A DNA stretch of 63,986 bases, the filler included, from an uncultured bacterium (GTDB lineage: Bacteria > CAYJOG01), in NCBI GenBank assembly GCA_964371695.1. It is 14 parts of 14 records of this genome, joined end to end, with 100 filler letters (N's around TTAATTAATTAA, not from the genome) between each part and the next. Parts side by side here need not be neighbours in the genome. Positions count along the whole stretch, not along the records: positions 1 to 4,634 come from CAYJOG010000274.1; positions 4,735 to 9,354 come from CAYJOG010000275.1; 12 more parts are not named here. One strand, given 5' to 3'. Position numbers and translations under genes: made by a program. Of this stretch, positions 1 to 9,454 are shown one piece after another. The number at the start of each line of letters is the position of its first letter. The first letter of the stretch is position 1. Under the pieces are notes generated by a model. The model ran no database searches. It saw nothing but the letters and a program-made list of their open reading frames with translations, and was not told the DNA's origin.

Positions 1-3000
1 CACGCGACCACTCACTTCCACACCGTCGCTCGCCACAATGCTGTTGTCCGCCGGGCTCTCGATCACCACCTCAGGGATTGTGGCGTCCAGAAAAGCGTTG
101 ACCTGATCTTCCCCCCATTTTGAAGATCTCCCAGGCTTTAAATAGGCACGCGCTCGAAAAACATGCTGCCCATCCACCAACCCTGTTGCATTCATTGGCA
201 GACTCACAGTTCCAGAAGTGGCGCCGAAAGCCCCTAAGTCAACGGTCGACAGCACCCGGCTGCTGTCGTCGGCAAAAAGGTCCACATAGCGCACATTGGT
301 TCCAAGACCAACGGGGACTTCAAAAAAGGTACGGAAAATGGTTGAGCTGGAAATCAAGCTATCTGGCCCAGGAGACTCGATACGCACATTCGGCCCAACA
401 TTATTCAAAATTGAGATGGAAACTGTTGCAATTGCCTGATTTCCTGATGTGTCAACCGCCTCAACAGAGAGGGGAACATCATCATTTCGGGAGGGGTCAG
501 CATCGGGCAAGTTTGTGACCACCGCATGTAAATTCAGCGAACATACTGTGCCCTGGGAATTGCACTGCTGGACATCGAACTTGTTTAACGTGGCAACAGG
601 CTGTCCTGCAAAGCGCACGATCAAAGTGGGAGAACCGATAAGCAGGGAACGATCATCACTTACCCGAATGGCGAATGATTGACTCACACCCCGCAGTACT
701 TCACCTGGACCAGGCGAGACAATCTCCACACCCGGTGGTGTGATATCGGGCCCTTGCTGCTGGCCTGGTTGGATTAAAAGTGCAACCGAGTCTTGGCCCA
801 TCCGGGCAGACCGCCCTGGTGTTTGATACGCCCTAACGGTAAACGTGTGGAGGCCATTACTAAACTGCGCAGTGTCCACCGTAAAGGCAGCGTTTCCAGA
901 CATTTGTGTAGGGGTCCACTCCACAGTGGCCGCAGGGGTGGTGGCCTCATCCACGAACAGGTCGATGTAACGCACTTTCCTTTGAACAGCCACTACTTTG
1001 GCCAAAAGGGTGAAGGGCCCTTCCACAACTCCCCCAAGCGGGAAAGAAGACAAAATGGTCACATCCGGCCCCACGTTGTTGCGCACGGCCACCAGCACCG
1101 AGGCGCTGGTGGTGTTGCCTGCCGCGTCTGTGGCGGTGGCGGACAGGAGCACGTTGTCATTCCGGGCGGGGTCGGCATCCGGCAGGTTTGTGATGACGGC
1201 ACGCACATACAGCACACAGACCGTGCCCTGGGCGTTGCAGTCCTGGGTGTTAAAGCTGTTCACCGTGGCCACCGTCTGGCCCGCGAAATCTACACTCAGC
1301 GCGGCGCTGCCACTCAGGAGCGAACGGTCATCGCTCACCCGCAGAGTAAAGGACTGGCTCACGCCCCGCAGGACATCATCAGGACCAGGGGACACGATCT
1401 CCACCCCCGGCGGCGTGTTGTCCGGTCCCTGGCCGGGGCCGTCCTGCACGCTCAGCGCCACTTCAGCCTCACCCACGCGGGTGGAGCGCCCAGGGGTGCG
1501 ATAGGCCTTCACGTTAAACACATGGGGACCAGGGCCAAGCAGCGCCGTATCCACGGTGAACGCCACGCTGCCGGACACCTGCGTGGGGGTCCATTCCACC
1601 GTGGCCGTGGGTGTGGCGGCCCCATCCACGAACAGGTCGATATAACGCACCTGTCCCTGTGGCGTGGCCACGTCCGCCAATAACGCGAAGGCTCCCTGCA
1701 CCGTGGCCCCTTCCTGGGGATAGGTGATGGTGACGATGGGCGCAACCGTGTTGCTCAGGCGCACCTGACTGGTTGCGCTGCCCTGGTTGCCCGCCGGATC
1801 ACTCACCCGCACCACCAGCGGCTGCGGCCCCATGGGCAGATTGGCGGTGTTCACGTCCACCGTCACGGTGCAGTCCTGGCCGCCGGGTTGACAATCCCCC
1901 GCGCTCAGCCCCAACCGCTGACCCACCACCTGACCTGCCACCAGCACTTCCATCACCGTGTTTTGGCCGGTGGGTGTGGCCAGCAGGGCGAAGTTGTCCG
2001 TCATGCGCACGTTCACGCTGTGCTCGGTGCCACCCCACTGAACGTTGAAGTTGGGGGCCAGGATGTTCACGCCCGGCACGGTGCGGTCCACGGTGAAGCG
2101 CAGGCTCCCGGCACCGCCATTGCCCGCGTTGTCGCTGGCACTGAGCGTAAGGGTGTAGACCCCTTCCGCCAGACCATTCAGTGTGGTGCTGAAAGAACCA
2201 TCTGTGGGGTTGTAACCAATGGCCCCGGCCCCCAGCGGGCCAATCACCACCGAGTCGCTTGCATCTGTCACCGCCAGTGCCAGCGAAGCCAGACTCACGC
2301 CGCTGCCGGGCAACGGATCATTCACGCTGCCCGTCGCCAGCACAGCACCGGCGCTCAGGTGTTCCCCGGCCAGGGGTATGCTCAGCGTAACCACCGGCGG
2401 CGCAGCATCACTCACGCCCTGAATATCCAACAGATTGGTCAAAACCAGTCCGCCTGACAGGTTGAAGAAATCGGCGAGGGGGTCACCAGCACCAACCACG
2501 GGTGGGTTGTAGACAAACGGCTCACCCGGAAGGGCGGGCGGGGTGAGCAGCCCCGGCATGGCGGCGTCCACGCTGGGCAAGCCCAGCAGCGCCACCAGCG
2601 CCGCCTCACTCAGTTGTGTGTAGACCGTAATGCGGAAACCCGGGTTAATCAGGAAACCGTTCACCGGCTGAGCGGGGTTAAACGTGGGTATGGTGCTGAG
2701 GTCCGCGTCCGACCCAGGGGGGATCAGGCTGAAGGCAAATCCCCCGTTGTCATAGACAAACGCCACCCCCTGCCCACCCCCAGGCGCCTGGTTGTAGACA
2801 TTCCCCGCCAGTTCATACCAGGCCCCGTTGAGCCGGTAACCGCCGCCCCCCTGGGGCTGGGCGATGCTGGGCACAGGAGATCCCGCTCCCAGAACCGGCG
2901 CGGACCCACCAGAAGGCGCGGGCGTCCCCACCGCTGCCTGCACCTGCGTGGCCGTGGCCCCGCCTTGGTCTTGTGCACTGACAAGCGGCGTGGACCCCGC

Positions 3001-3660
3001 ATATGTTCCGGGGGGGCCTTCCGTCAGACTCACCAAACTGCTCAGCGCACCATTCGTATTCGCCCCCGTGGCGGGGTTGAAGAGCGCGGCCTTCAGGTTG
3101 GCCTGACCGCTTGGTCCCTGGACATGCACTTCCAGCACGTCGCCCACCGCCACCACCGTGGCCTGGGGATCACCCTGCTTGCTCAAGATGACCTGGGGCG
3201 CGGCGGGCTGGATACCCAGTGTGTTGGTCTGCACCAAACCGGACTGCTGAAAAAATGCCTCGACGGGCGAGGGCCCCTGCTGGGGCGTGGGCTGCTGGAA
3301 CACAAAGGGATCCCCCGCCAGCCCGGGCGACAAAAACACACCGGTGAAGAAATAGTCCATCGTGAAGCCCGCCGCCGCGCCGCCCAAAAGCGTCATCAGC
3401 CCCCCAGAGGAAAGCTGTGTGTAGATGGTGAAATGCAGGGTCTGTGGCGTCCAGTTGGCGGTGACCAGCGCCAGATTCACCGGCTGGCCCGGGTCAAACC
3501 CAAGGCCCTCAATCACCACACCGGGGCTGCCCGCGATAAATTCAGCCCCCAGCGAGCCGTTGTTGTCATACATCCAGAAGGCGTGCTCGACGCTGCCCCC
3601 TGCGTTGTTGTAATAGGGGAGTCCGTTAAAGTCGAAGTAGGCCCCCGCCAGGGAGTCGGC
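1..3660 (-). CDS. Giant Ig-like repeat surface protein, distal part (runs off the window edge; absent from the ORF track)
   Basis: Manual translation of the minus frame from 3660 to 1 shows no stop (~1220 codons). Bacterial Ig-like motifs (YTLTLSASDNAGN, VDRTVPGV, NNVGPxVxI, VRYxDLFxD) recur with a 675-nt period (1755/1080/405). Confidence 0.85.
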
Positions 3661-4634
3661 GCACCACCGCCGCTGACCTGGGGCGTTGGCCCCACCGCCG
3701 CCTGCACCTGTGTGGCTGTGGCCCCACCAGCATCCTGAGCCGTGACCAAACCCATGGACCCCTGATAGGCGCCGGGTGGCCCTTCCGTCAGACTCACCAG
3801 ACCACTCAGCGCACCGCTTGTATTGGGGCCGGTGGCGGGGTTGAACAGCGCCGCAGACAGACTGCCCAAACCGCTTTGCCCCGTCAGGCTGACTTGCACG
3901 GTGTCACCCACTGCCACCACCGTGGCCTGAGGGTCGCCCTGCTTGCTCAGCGTGGCACTTGCGGACACCGGCCCACCGGAAATGATTTCCAACGCATTAG
4001 TCATTACAAGATCCAAGCCCTGGAAAAAAACCTCAATTTCGGACAATGGTGTCGAAGTCGGTTCTTGAAAAGTGAATGCTCCGCCTGAAGTGGCCGGAGG
4101 AAAAAACACTCCCGCAAAAAAGAAATCTGGGGCAATATTTCCCATGACTGAAGCAAGTGCACCTTCATCCAACTGGGTAAAAATGGTTACGGGTTTAGAT
4201 ATCCCATCTGGGATTGTAACCAATGCCAAGTTCACAGGAAGAGCCTGGTTCAAAAAGGCTTGCACGTCTCCGCCAGGTGCGCCTGTAAGAGAAACTAATT
4301 CACTAATTCCGCCTAGCCCGATAAACACTGCACCCGATCCACTTCCATCAGGCAAGCGATCATATGTTTTGTTTTGAAAATCAAAATAGCTTCCTGCGAG
4401 TAGATAGCGGCCAGTTTCTTCGGCTAATAGGGGTTGAGGGGATCCAGTGGACAAAACAGGATTCCCTTGCCCAGCCCCATTTTGGCTTTGTGCGAAGAGG
4501 TATGTATTCCAAGTAAAATTACTCGTCTGGCTAAGTGGAGGGAGAAAAACATTTTCCGCAAATCCATCCAAGACTACCGATTCAAAGCCCGGTGGAGGAT
4601 CAAGCCCAGCGACTAGGTTGGCTTGGTCTTTTTG
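3661..4634 (-). CDS. Giant repeat protein, proximal part (5' truncated; frameshifted relative to 1..3660)
   Basis: ORF 3513..4571 stays open up to the contig edge at 4634. It shares the repeat SKQGDPQATVVAVGD...AALFNPATG...TEGPPG...ATQVQAAVG with 2930-3185, which is read in another frame. Confidence 0.8.
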
Positions 4635-4733
4635 NNNNNNNNNNNNNNNNNNNNNNNNNNNNNNNNNNNNNNNNNNNNTTAATTAATTAANNNNNNNNNN
4701 NNNNNNNNNNNNNNNNNNNNNNNNNNNNNNNNN
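4635..4733. other. Artificial contig linker (N-TTAATTAATTAA-N). Same linker at ~9355, 14074, 18766, 23451, 28128, 32801, 37464, 42118, 46749, 51352, 55898, 60443
   Basis: Six-frame stop linker flanked by Ns; genes are truncated at these points. Confidence 0.99.
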
Positions 4734-4910
4734 NGCCCACAGCCCCACCACAATCAGCAGGGCCGACAAACCAAACTCAATCACACCCACCTGCTGAATC
4801 ACCCCCAAGGCCCCCACGGTGGTGCGGGGCGGCGGCGGCGCTGAAGAAGGGGCGAGCGCTTCGGGTTGTTCGGCGGGCGCGGACAAAGCGTCGTCCGTGG
4901 GCGTGGACAT
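4734..4910 (-). CDS. Hypothetical membrane protein, N-terminal fragment
   Basis: MSTPTDD...FGLSALLIVVGLW runs into the gap; TATCAT lies 6 nt before the ATG. Confidence 0.55.
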
Positions 4911-4980
4911 GGGCGCATGATACACCGGCGGCGCGGCTGGCTGGTTACCAAGGTTTGTCCGTGATGAATAAACTGCCCCC

Positions 4981-6132
4981 ATGCCGCAGGCCCTCATCGC
5001 CGCCATGCCCATGAAGGGCGCGCTTGGCGCAGCCCAGGCGGCGCGGGCCATGTCGTTGGGCCTGACGCAGGGCCTGGGCCCCGGCTGGCGGGTGCAGACC
5101 CTCGCCCTGGCCGATGGCGGCGAAGGCACGGTGGCGGCGTTTTTGTCTCAGCCGGGTTTTGTGGCGCGGCGCTTTACCGTCACCGGCCCCCTGGGCCAAC
5201 CGGTGCGGGCGGTGTGGGCGTGGTGCGAAAAACACCGCCTGGCCGTGATGGAAATGTCGAGTGCCGCAGGCATCTGGCGCTTGCAGGAACACGAAAAAAA
5301 TCCCCTTTGCACCACCACGTTTGGCGTGGGTGAACTGCTGCTCAAAATCAGGTCCGCCGGGGCAAAAGAGGTGGTGGTGGGCCTGGGGGGCAGCACCACG
5401 GTGGATGGCGGCCTGGGCATGGCGCAGGCGCTGGGTTTTGGCCTGACTGACACCCAGGGCAATCCCCTTTGCCGCAACAACCCCGCCACGGGCCAAACCC
5501 TGCTGTCACTCAAAACCATCGCCCCGCCCGCCGTGTTTCCGCTGCAGGGCCTGCGGGTGACGGCGCTCTGTGATGTCGCCAGCCCCCTCACTGGGCCAAA
5601 GGGCGCGGCGCGGATGTTTGGCCCACAAAAAGGCGCTTCGCCGGATACGGTCAAAGCGCTGGAAAAGGGCCTGAAAAATCTGGAAAAAATGGTGGCGCGT
5701 CAGTTTGGCGTGCCCGTGGGGCTGCCCGGCGGTGGCGCGGCGGGGGGCCTGGGCGCGGGGCTGGCGGCCTTTGCCGGGGCCAGCCTGAAAAGCGGCGCGG
5801 CAGAAATCGCCCGCCTGCTGCAACTGGAAAAAGCCGTGGCCAAAAGCCGCCTGGTGCTGGCCGCCGAAGGCGCGCTGGACGCCCAGACCGCCCAGGGCAA
5901 GGGCATTGGTGTGCTGACGGATTTGTGTCAGCGTCACCATGTGCCGCTGGTGGTGCTGGCGGGGCGTCTGGGTGAGGGACATGAAGACCTGTTCGCCCGT
6001 GGCCTGAGCGCAGCTTTTGCTGTTCAGGATGGTCCCCTTTCTGTGGCAGAATCCATGGCCCGGACGGCTGAGTTGCTGGAGCGCCGCGCTCTGCACGTCG
6101 GGCGGCTGGTCAAGGAAATGAACAAGCGATAA
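4981..6132 (+). CDS. glxK: Glycerate kinase
   Basis: Motifs LADGGEGT, TTFGVGELL, GLGGSTTVDGG, FGPQKGA, GAAGGLG, EGALDAQT..GK. Confidence 0.92.
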   Translation: MPQALIAAMPMKGALGAAQAARAMSLGLTQGLGPGWRVQTLALADGGEGTVAAFLSQPGFVARRFTVTGPLGQPVRAVWAWCEKHRLAVMEMSSAAGIWRLQEHEKNPLCTTTFGVGELLLKIRSAGAKEVVVGLGGSTTVDGGLGMAQALGFGLTDTQGNPLCRNNPATGQTLLSLKTIAPPAVFPLQGLRVTALCDVASPLTGPKGAARMFGPQKGASPDTVKALEKGLKNLEKMVARQFGVPVGLPGGGAAGGLGAGLAAFAGASLKSGAAEIARLLQLEKAVAKSRLVLAAEGALDAQTAQGKGIGVLTDLCQRHHVPLVVLAGRLGEGHEDLFARGLSAAFAVQDGPLSVAESMARTAELLERRALHVGRLVKEMNKR

Positions 6133-6145
6133 AAGGAGCACGGTC

Positions 6146-7843
6146 ATGCCAGAAGAAACCCGGTTGTTTATCCAGATGGACCCCGATGGCGAGGAGATCC
6201 CCCCCACCAGTCCTTTTGCAAAATATCAGGTGACGCCGCTCACGGGGGAACACCTTTCGCTGGATGAACTCACCAGCCTGCTGCCCAAGTTCCTTTATCT
6301 TTCCGACGGCCACCTCTATGAACTGAAGGGCCACATTGACCGCCACAAGGTGGTGCATGCCCGCCAGATGGCCGCGCCCGCAAGCGACATCGAATCTCTC
6401 ATTCAGCCCTCCCCCAAGGCGGCGACCTCACCCTCTCCCGCGCCCGCCCCCGATGTGAATCCCCCCAAACCTGCTCCGGCCGCCGCCGCAGCGGCTGAGC
6501 CGCCCAAAACAGTCGAAGCGGCAAAACCGGCTGCGGCCACTGCTGCGCCTGCGCCTGCCGCGCCCGCCGTGCCTGCCGCGCCCGCTGCCCCCAAAGTCAC
6601 CAGCAAAATCAACGTCCCCGGCGGTGGCGAAGGTCTCAAAAAAGTCGCCCAGCAACTGAGTCTGAAAAACGAAGACCCCTTCCTGAAACTGGTGCGCGCC
6701 AACCGCGAGAACCCGGAGGACTTCGGCATCCGCCAGAGCCTCATCAAGAACAGCGGCGATTTTTATATGAAGGCCGCCCTGGCCTTCAAGGAGAACCGCA
6801 CACCGGAACTCAGAGCGCTGTTGCGGTTCAGGGCGCTGCTGGACACGTGGTTTCTCACCGAAGAAGAAATCGCCGTCTATCACAAACTCATCGACCACAA
6901 GGAAAGCAGCGAGAACATTTTTTATGCCGATGAATGGCTGGAGATGCTGTATGCGGGCACGGTGGCCTATACCTTTGACGAAACCAAACGCACCGAGATT
7001 TACCGTCTCACCAAAAAACCGGTCAACACCCCCCAGCTTTACAACAAGGGCATGGCCGACCTGATGGGCAGCGAAGAAGCCGCCCTGAAATTTGAAATGG
7101 AGACGGTGTTTTTTCAGTGGCCGTTTTTGTGCATCGGCAGGCGCGGCAACCATTTCCCTTTTCTGGAAACGGGCATGGTCACCGGCAACCCCGCCGACAT
7201 GATGGCCAAAAAGCGGGAGGTCAACCGCCAGATGCAGGAAATGGAAAAGGTGGACAACAAACTGTTCATCCGCGAGGTGCTGGGCAAAACCGAATCGGGC
7301 CAGGAGGGATTCATAGAACTGCATCAGCAGCCCTATGTGATTCTCGCCTCGTGCGTGGCGCAAAACGCCATTTGCTGGGACGCCTGGCACCGCTGCGACA
7401 AACGGGCCAGCCGTGGACGCGTGTCTATTCCGGTGTTCCCCGAAAAGGGCCTGGACGAAGTGCTGGTGAAAGCCATGGGGGATTACCGCTGGACACTGGC
7501 CAAGGACAGCGCCATGGACTGGGTGGGCGAAGGCATCACGGGCAACTACTTCGCTTTTTACAGCGAGGAGAAAAAGAAACCCGCCGATGAATCGGCCATA
7601 GACAAGGCCCTGCCGCTGAAAGAAAACTTCATGCGCGAATATGCCACATGGCTGAAATGGGAGAGCAAGGGCATCCAGAAAATCAATAAGGATCTGCGGC
7701 CCATCTTCTGGCGTTATGTGCCCTTTGGCCCTGAACTGCGCGAGAAACTGAGCAAGGTGGCCCCCGTCTACGCCGACCTCGCGTCCAAATCCCCCATGTG
7801 GGAAAAACAGGACGCCAAAGCCAAAAAACAGAGCCGGGGGTGA
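6146..7843 (+). CDS. Hypothetical protein with Pro/Ala linker and conserved-looking C-terminal domain
   Basis: 565 aa, AGGAG RBS, host-like codon bias, Trp-rich C-terminus (CWDAW..RASRGRV.IP, GDYRW, ESKGIQK...IFWRYVPF). Confidence 0.85.
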   Translation: MPEETRLFIQMDPDGEEIPPTSPFAKYQVTPLTGEHLSLDELTSLLPKFLYLSDGHLYELKGHIDRHKVVHARQMAAPASDIESLIQPSPKAATSPSPAPAPDVNPPKPAPAAAAAAEPPKTVEAAKPAAATAAPAPAAPAVPAAPAAPKVTSKINVPGGGEGLKKVAQQLSLKNEDPFLKLVRANRENPEDFGIRQSLIKNSGDFYMKAALAFKENRTPELRALLRFRALLDTWFLTEEEIAVYHKLIDHKESSENIFYADEWLEMLYAGTVAYTFDETKRTEIYRLTKKPVNTPQLYNKGMADLMGSEEAALKFEMETVFFQWPFLCIGRRGNHFPFLETGMVTGNPADMMAKKREVNRQMQEMEKVDNKLFIREVLGKTESGQEGFIELHQQPYVILASCVAQNAICWDAWHRCDKRASRGRVSIPVFPEKGLDEVLVKAMGDYRWTLAKDSAMDWVGEGITGNYFAFYSEEKKKPADESAIDKALPLKENFMREYATWLKWESKGIQKINKDLRPIFWRYVPFGPELREKLSKVAPVYADLASKSPMWEKQDAKAKKQSRG

Positions 7844-7906
7844 AACCCAGCGGGGCCTTCCCGGCGTCCTGCAAATCCACGGATGGGGTTTTCCGCAACC
7901 TTTTGG

Positions 7907-7961
7907 CAGGATGTTGAGAAAATCCATCCATGGATTTTTCAGGGTGTCTATCAACACCCTG
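7907..7961 (-). mobile_element. MITE family A, internally deleted 55-nt copy
   Basis: Reverse complement matches both ends of 16554..16703 (CAGGGTGTTGA...TCAACA.CCTG). Confidence 0.75.
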
Positions 7962-8002
7962 CTAGGCTAGGGCACTGCGTTTTTCGCCTTCAAGGAGATT
8001 TC

Positions 8003-9354
8003 ATGACCCTACGCGCTTTTTTCCGGCCCCTGGCCTTTCTGCTTTTGCTGGCCCTCTGGCCCGCCGCCCACGCCGCCCAAACCGTGGTGGAAATCATCGA
8101 ATACAGCGATTTCCAGTGCCCCTATTGTCACCGCGCCCAGCCCACCGTTGATCAGGTAATGGCCAAATATGGCGCGCAGGTCAAGTGGGAATACCGTCAC
8201 TTTCCCCTGGATTTTCACGCCGCCGCCCTGCCCGCCGCCGCCATTTCGGAATGCGCCCGCGACCAGGGCAAGTTCGAAGACGTACACGACGCGTTTTTTT
8301 CCATGAACCCCCAGACCATGAGCGAGACCTCGGTGATGACCGCCGCCAAGGCCAAGGTGCCAGACCCCGACGCGCTTGAGGCCTGTTACAAATCCGGCAA
8401 AAAACAGGAACTGGTGCTGGCCCAGATGAAAGAGGGACAGGCCAGGGGTGTGTCTGGCACGCCGGGGTTTTTCATCAACGGCAAGATGCTCTCTGGCGCA
8501 CAGCCCTTTGAGGTGTTTGACCGCATGATTTCGGTGGCGCTGGACCCCAGCAAGGGTGTGCCCCTTTATGTCATCACCCCCCCCGGCTGCCCCACCTGCG
8601 TGCCCGAAGACATGCTGAACGAACTTACCGGTCAGGTGCTGCAAGGGGCCGTGCGACAGGACGTGCCTTTTGAATCCCCCAAGGGCCGGGCGCTGATGGG
8701 TCAGTCCCAGGCCAAGGCGCTGCCCGTGGTGCTGCTGGGCAAGGAACTGGAGCAGGAGCCGGGCTTTCGGCAGATTGCCCGGTACGTCTCGCGCAAGGGC
8801 GAGTTGTATATGCTCAGCCCCACGCTGGCCCCGCCCACGCTGTTTCTGGAACCACTGCCCGCCTATTCCTTTGACCTGTTCATCGGCCCCAAAGGCGCGC
8901 CGGTGACCATTGTGGAATACACCGATTTTGTCTCGGACAGGGCCTCGGCGGTGAGCCGGGCGGTGATTGAGGTGATTCAGAAATACCCCGGCAAAATCAG
9001 GCACATCGTGCGGCCCGCCGCTGCGGGGGCCCAGGCGCTGGATCAAAGCCGCCTCATGGGTCAGGCGGCGTTCTGCCTTTCGCAGCAGGGCAAGTTCTGG
9101 AAGGGTTATCCCCTGCTCAGCCTCGCGGGGCCAAAAGCCACCCCGGCGGACCTGGAACGTCTGGCGGCGGACACCGGTGCGAAGGCTCCCGTTTTTCGGG
9201 AGTGTCTCAAGCAGCGGGACATGTTCAGCAACCGGGTGAAGGCCTATGGCCAGGACATGAGCACGCTGACCCTGCAACCGGGTGTGAACCTGTTTGTGGG
9301 CCGCCAGCGCCTGATGAACCCCAGCCTGTTTGACCTGTACCGCACCGTGGAAGG
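8003..9354 (+). CDS. DsbA/thioredoxin-fold protein with multiple Trx domains (3' truncated)
   Basis: Signal peptide, EYSDFQCPYC, GVSGTPGFFING, second CPTC, third degenerate EYTDF domain; AAGGAG RBS. Confidence 0.88.
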
Positions 9355-9454
9355 NNNNNNNNNNNNNNNNNNNNNNNNNNNNNNNNNNNNNNNNNNNNTT
9401 AATTAATTAANNNNNNNNNNNNNNNNNNNNNNNNNNNNNNNNNNNNNNNNNNNN

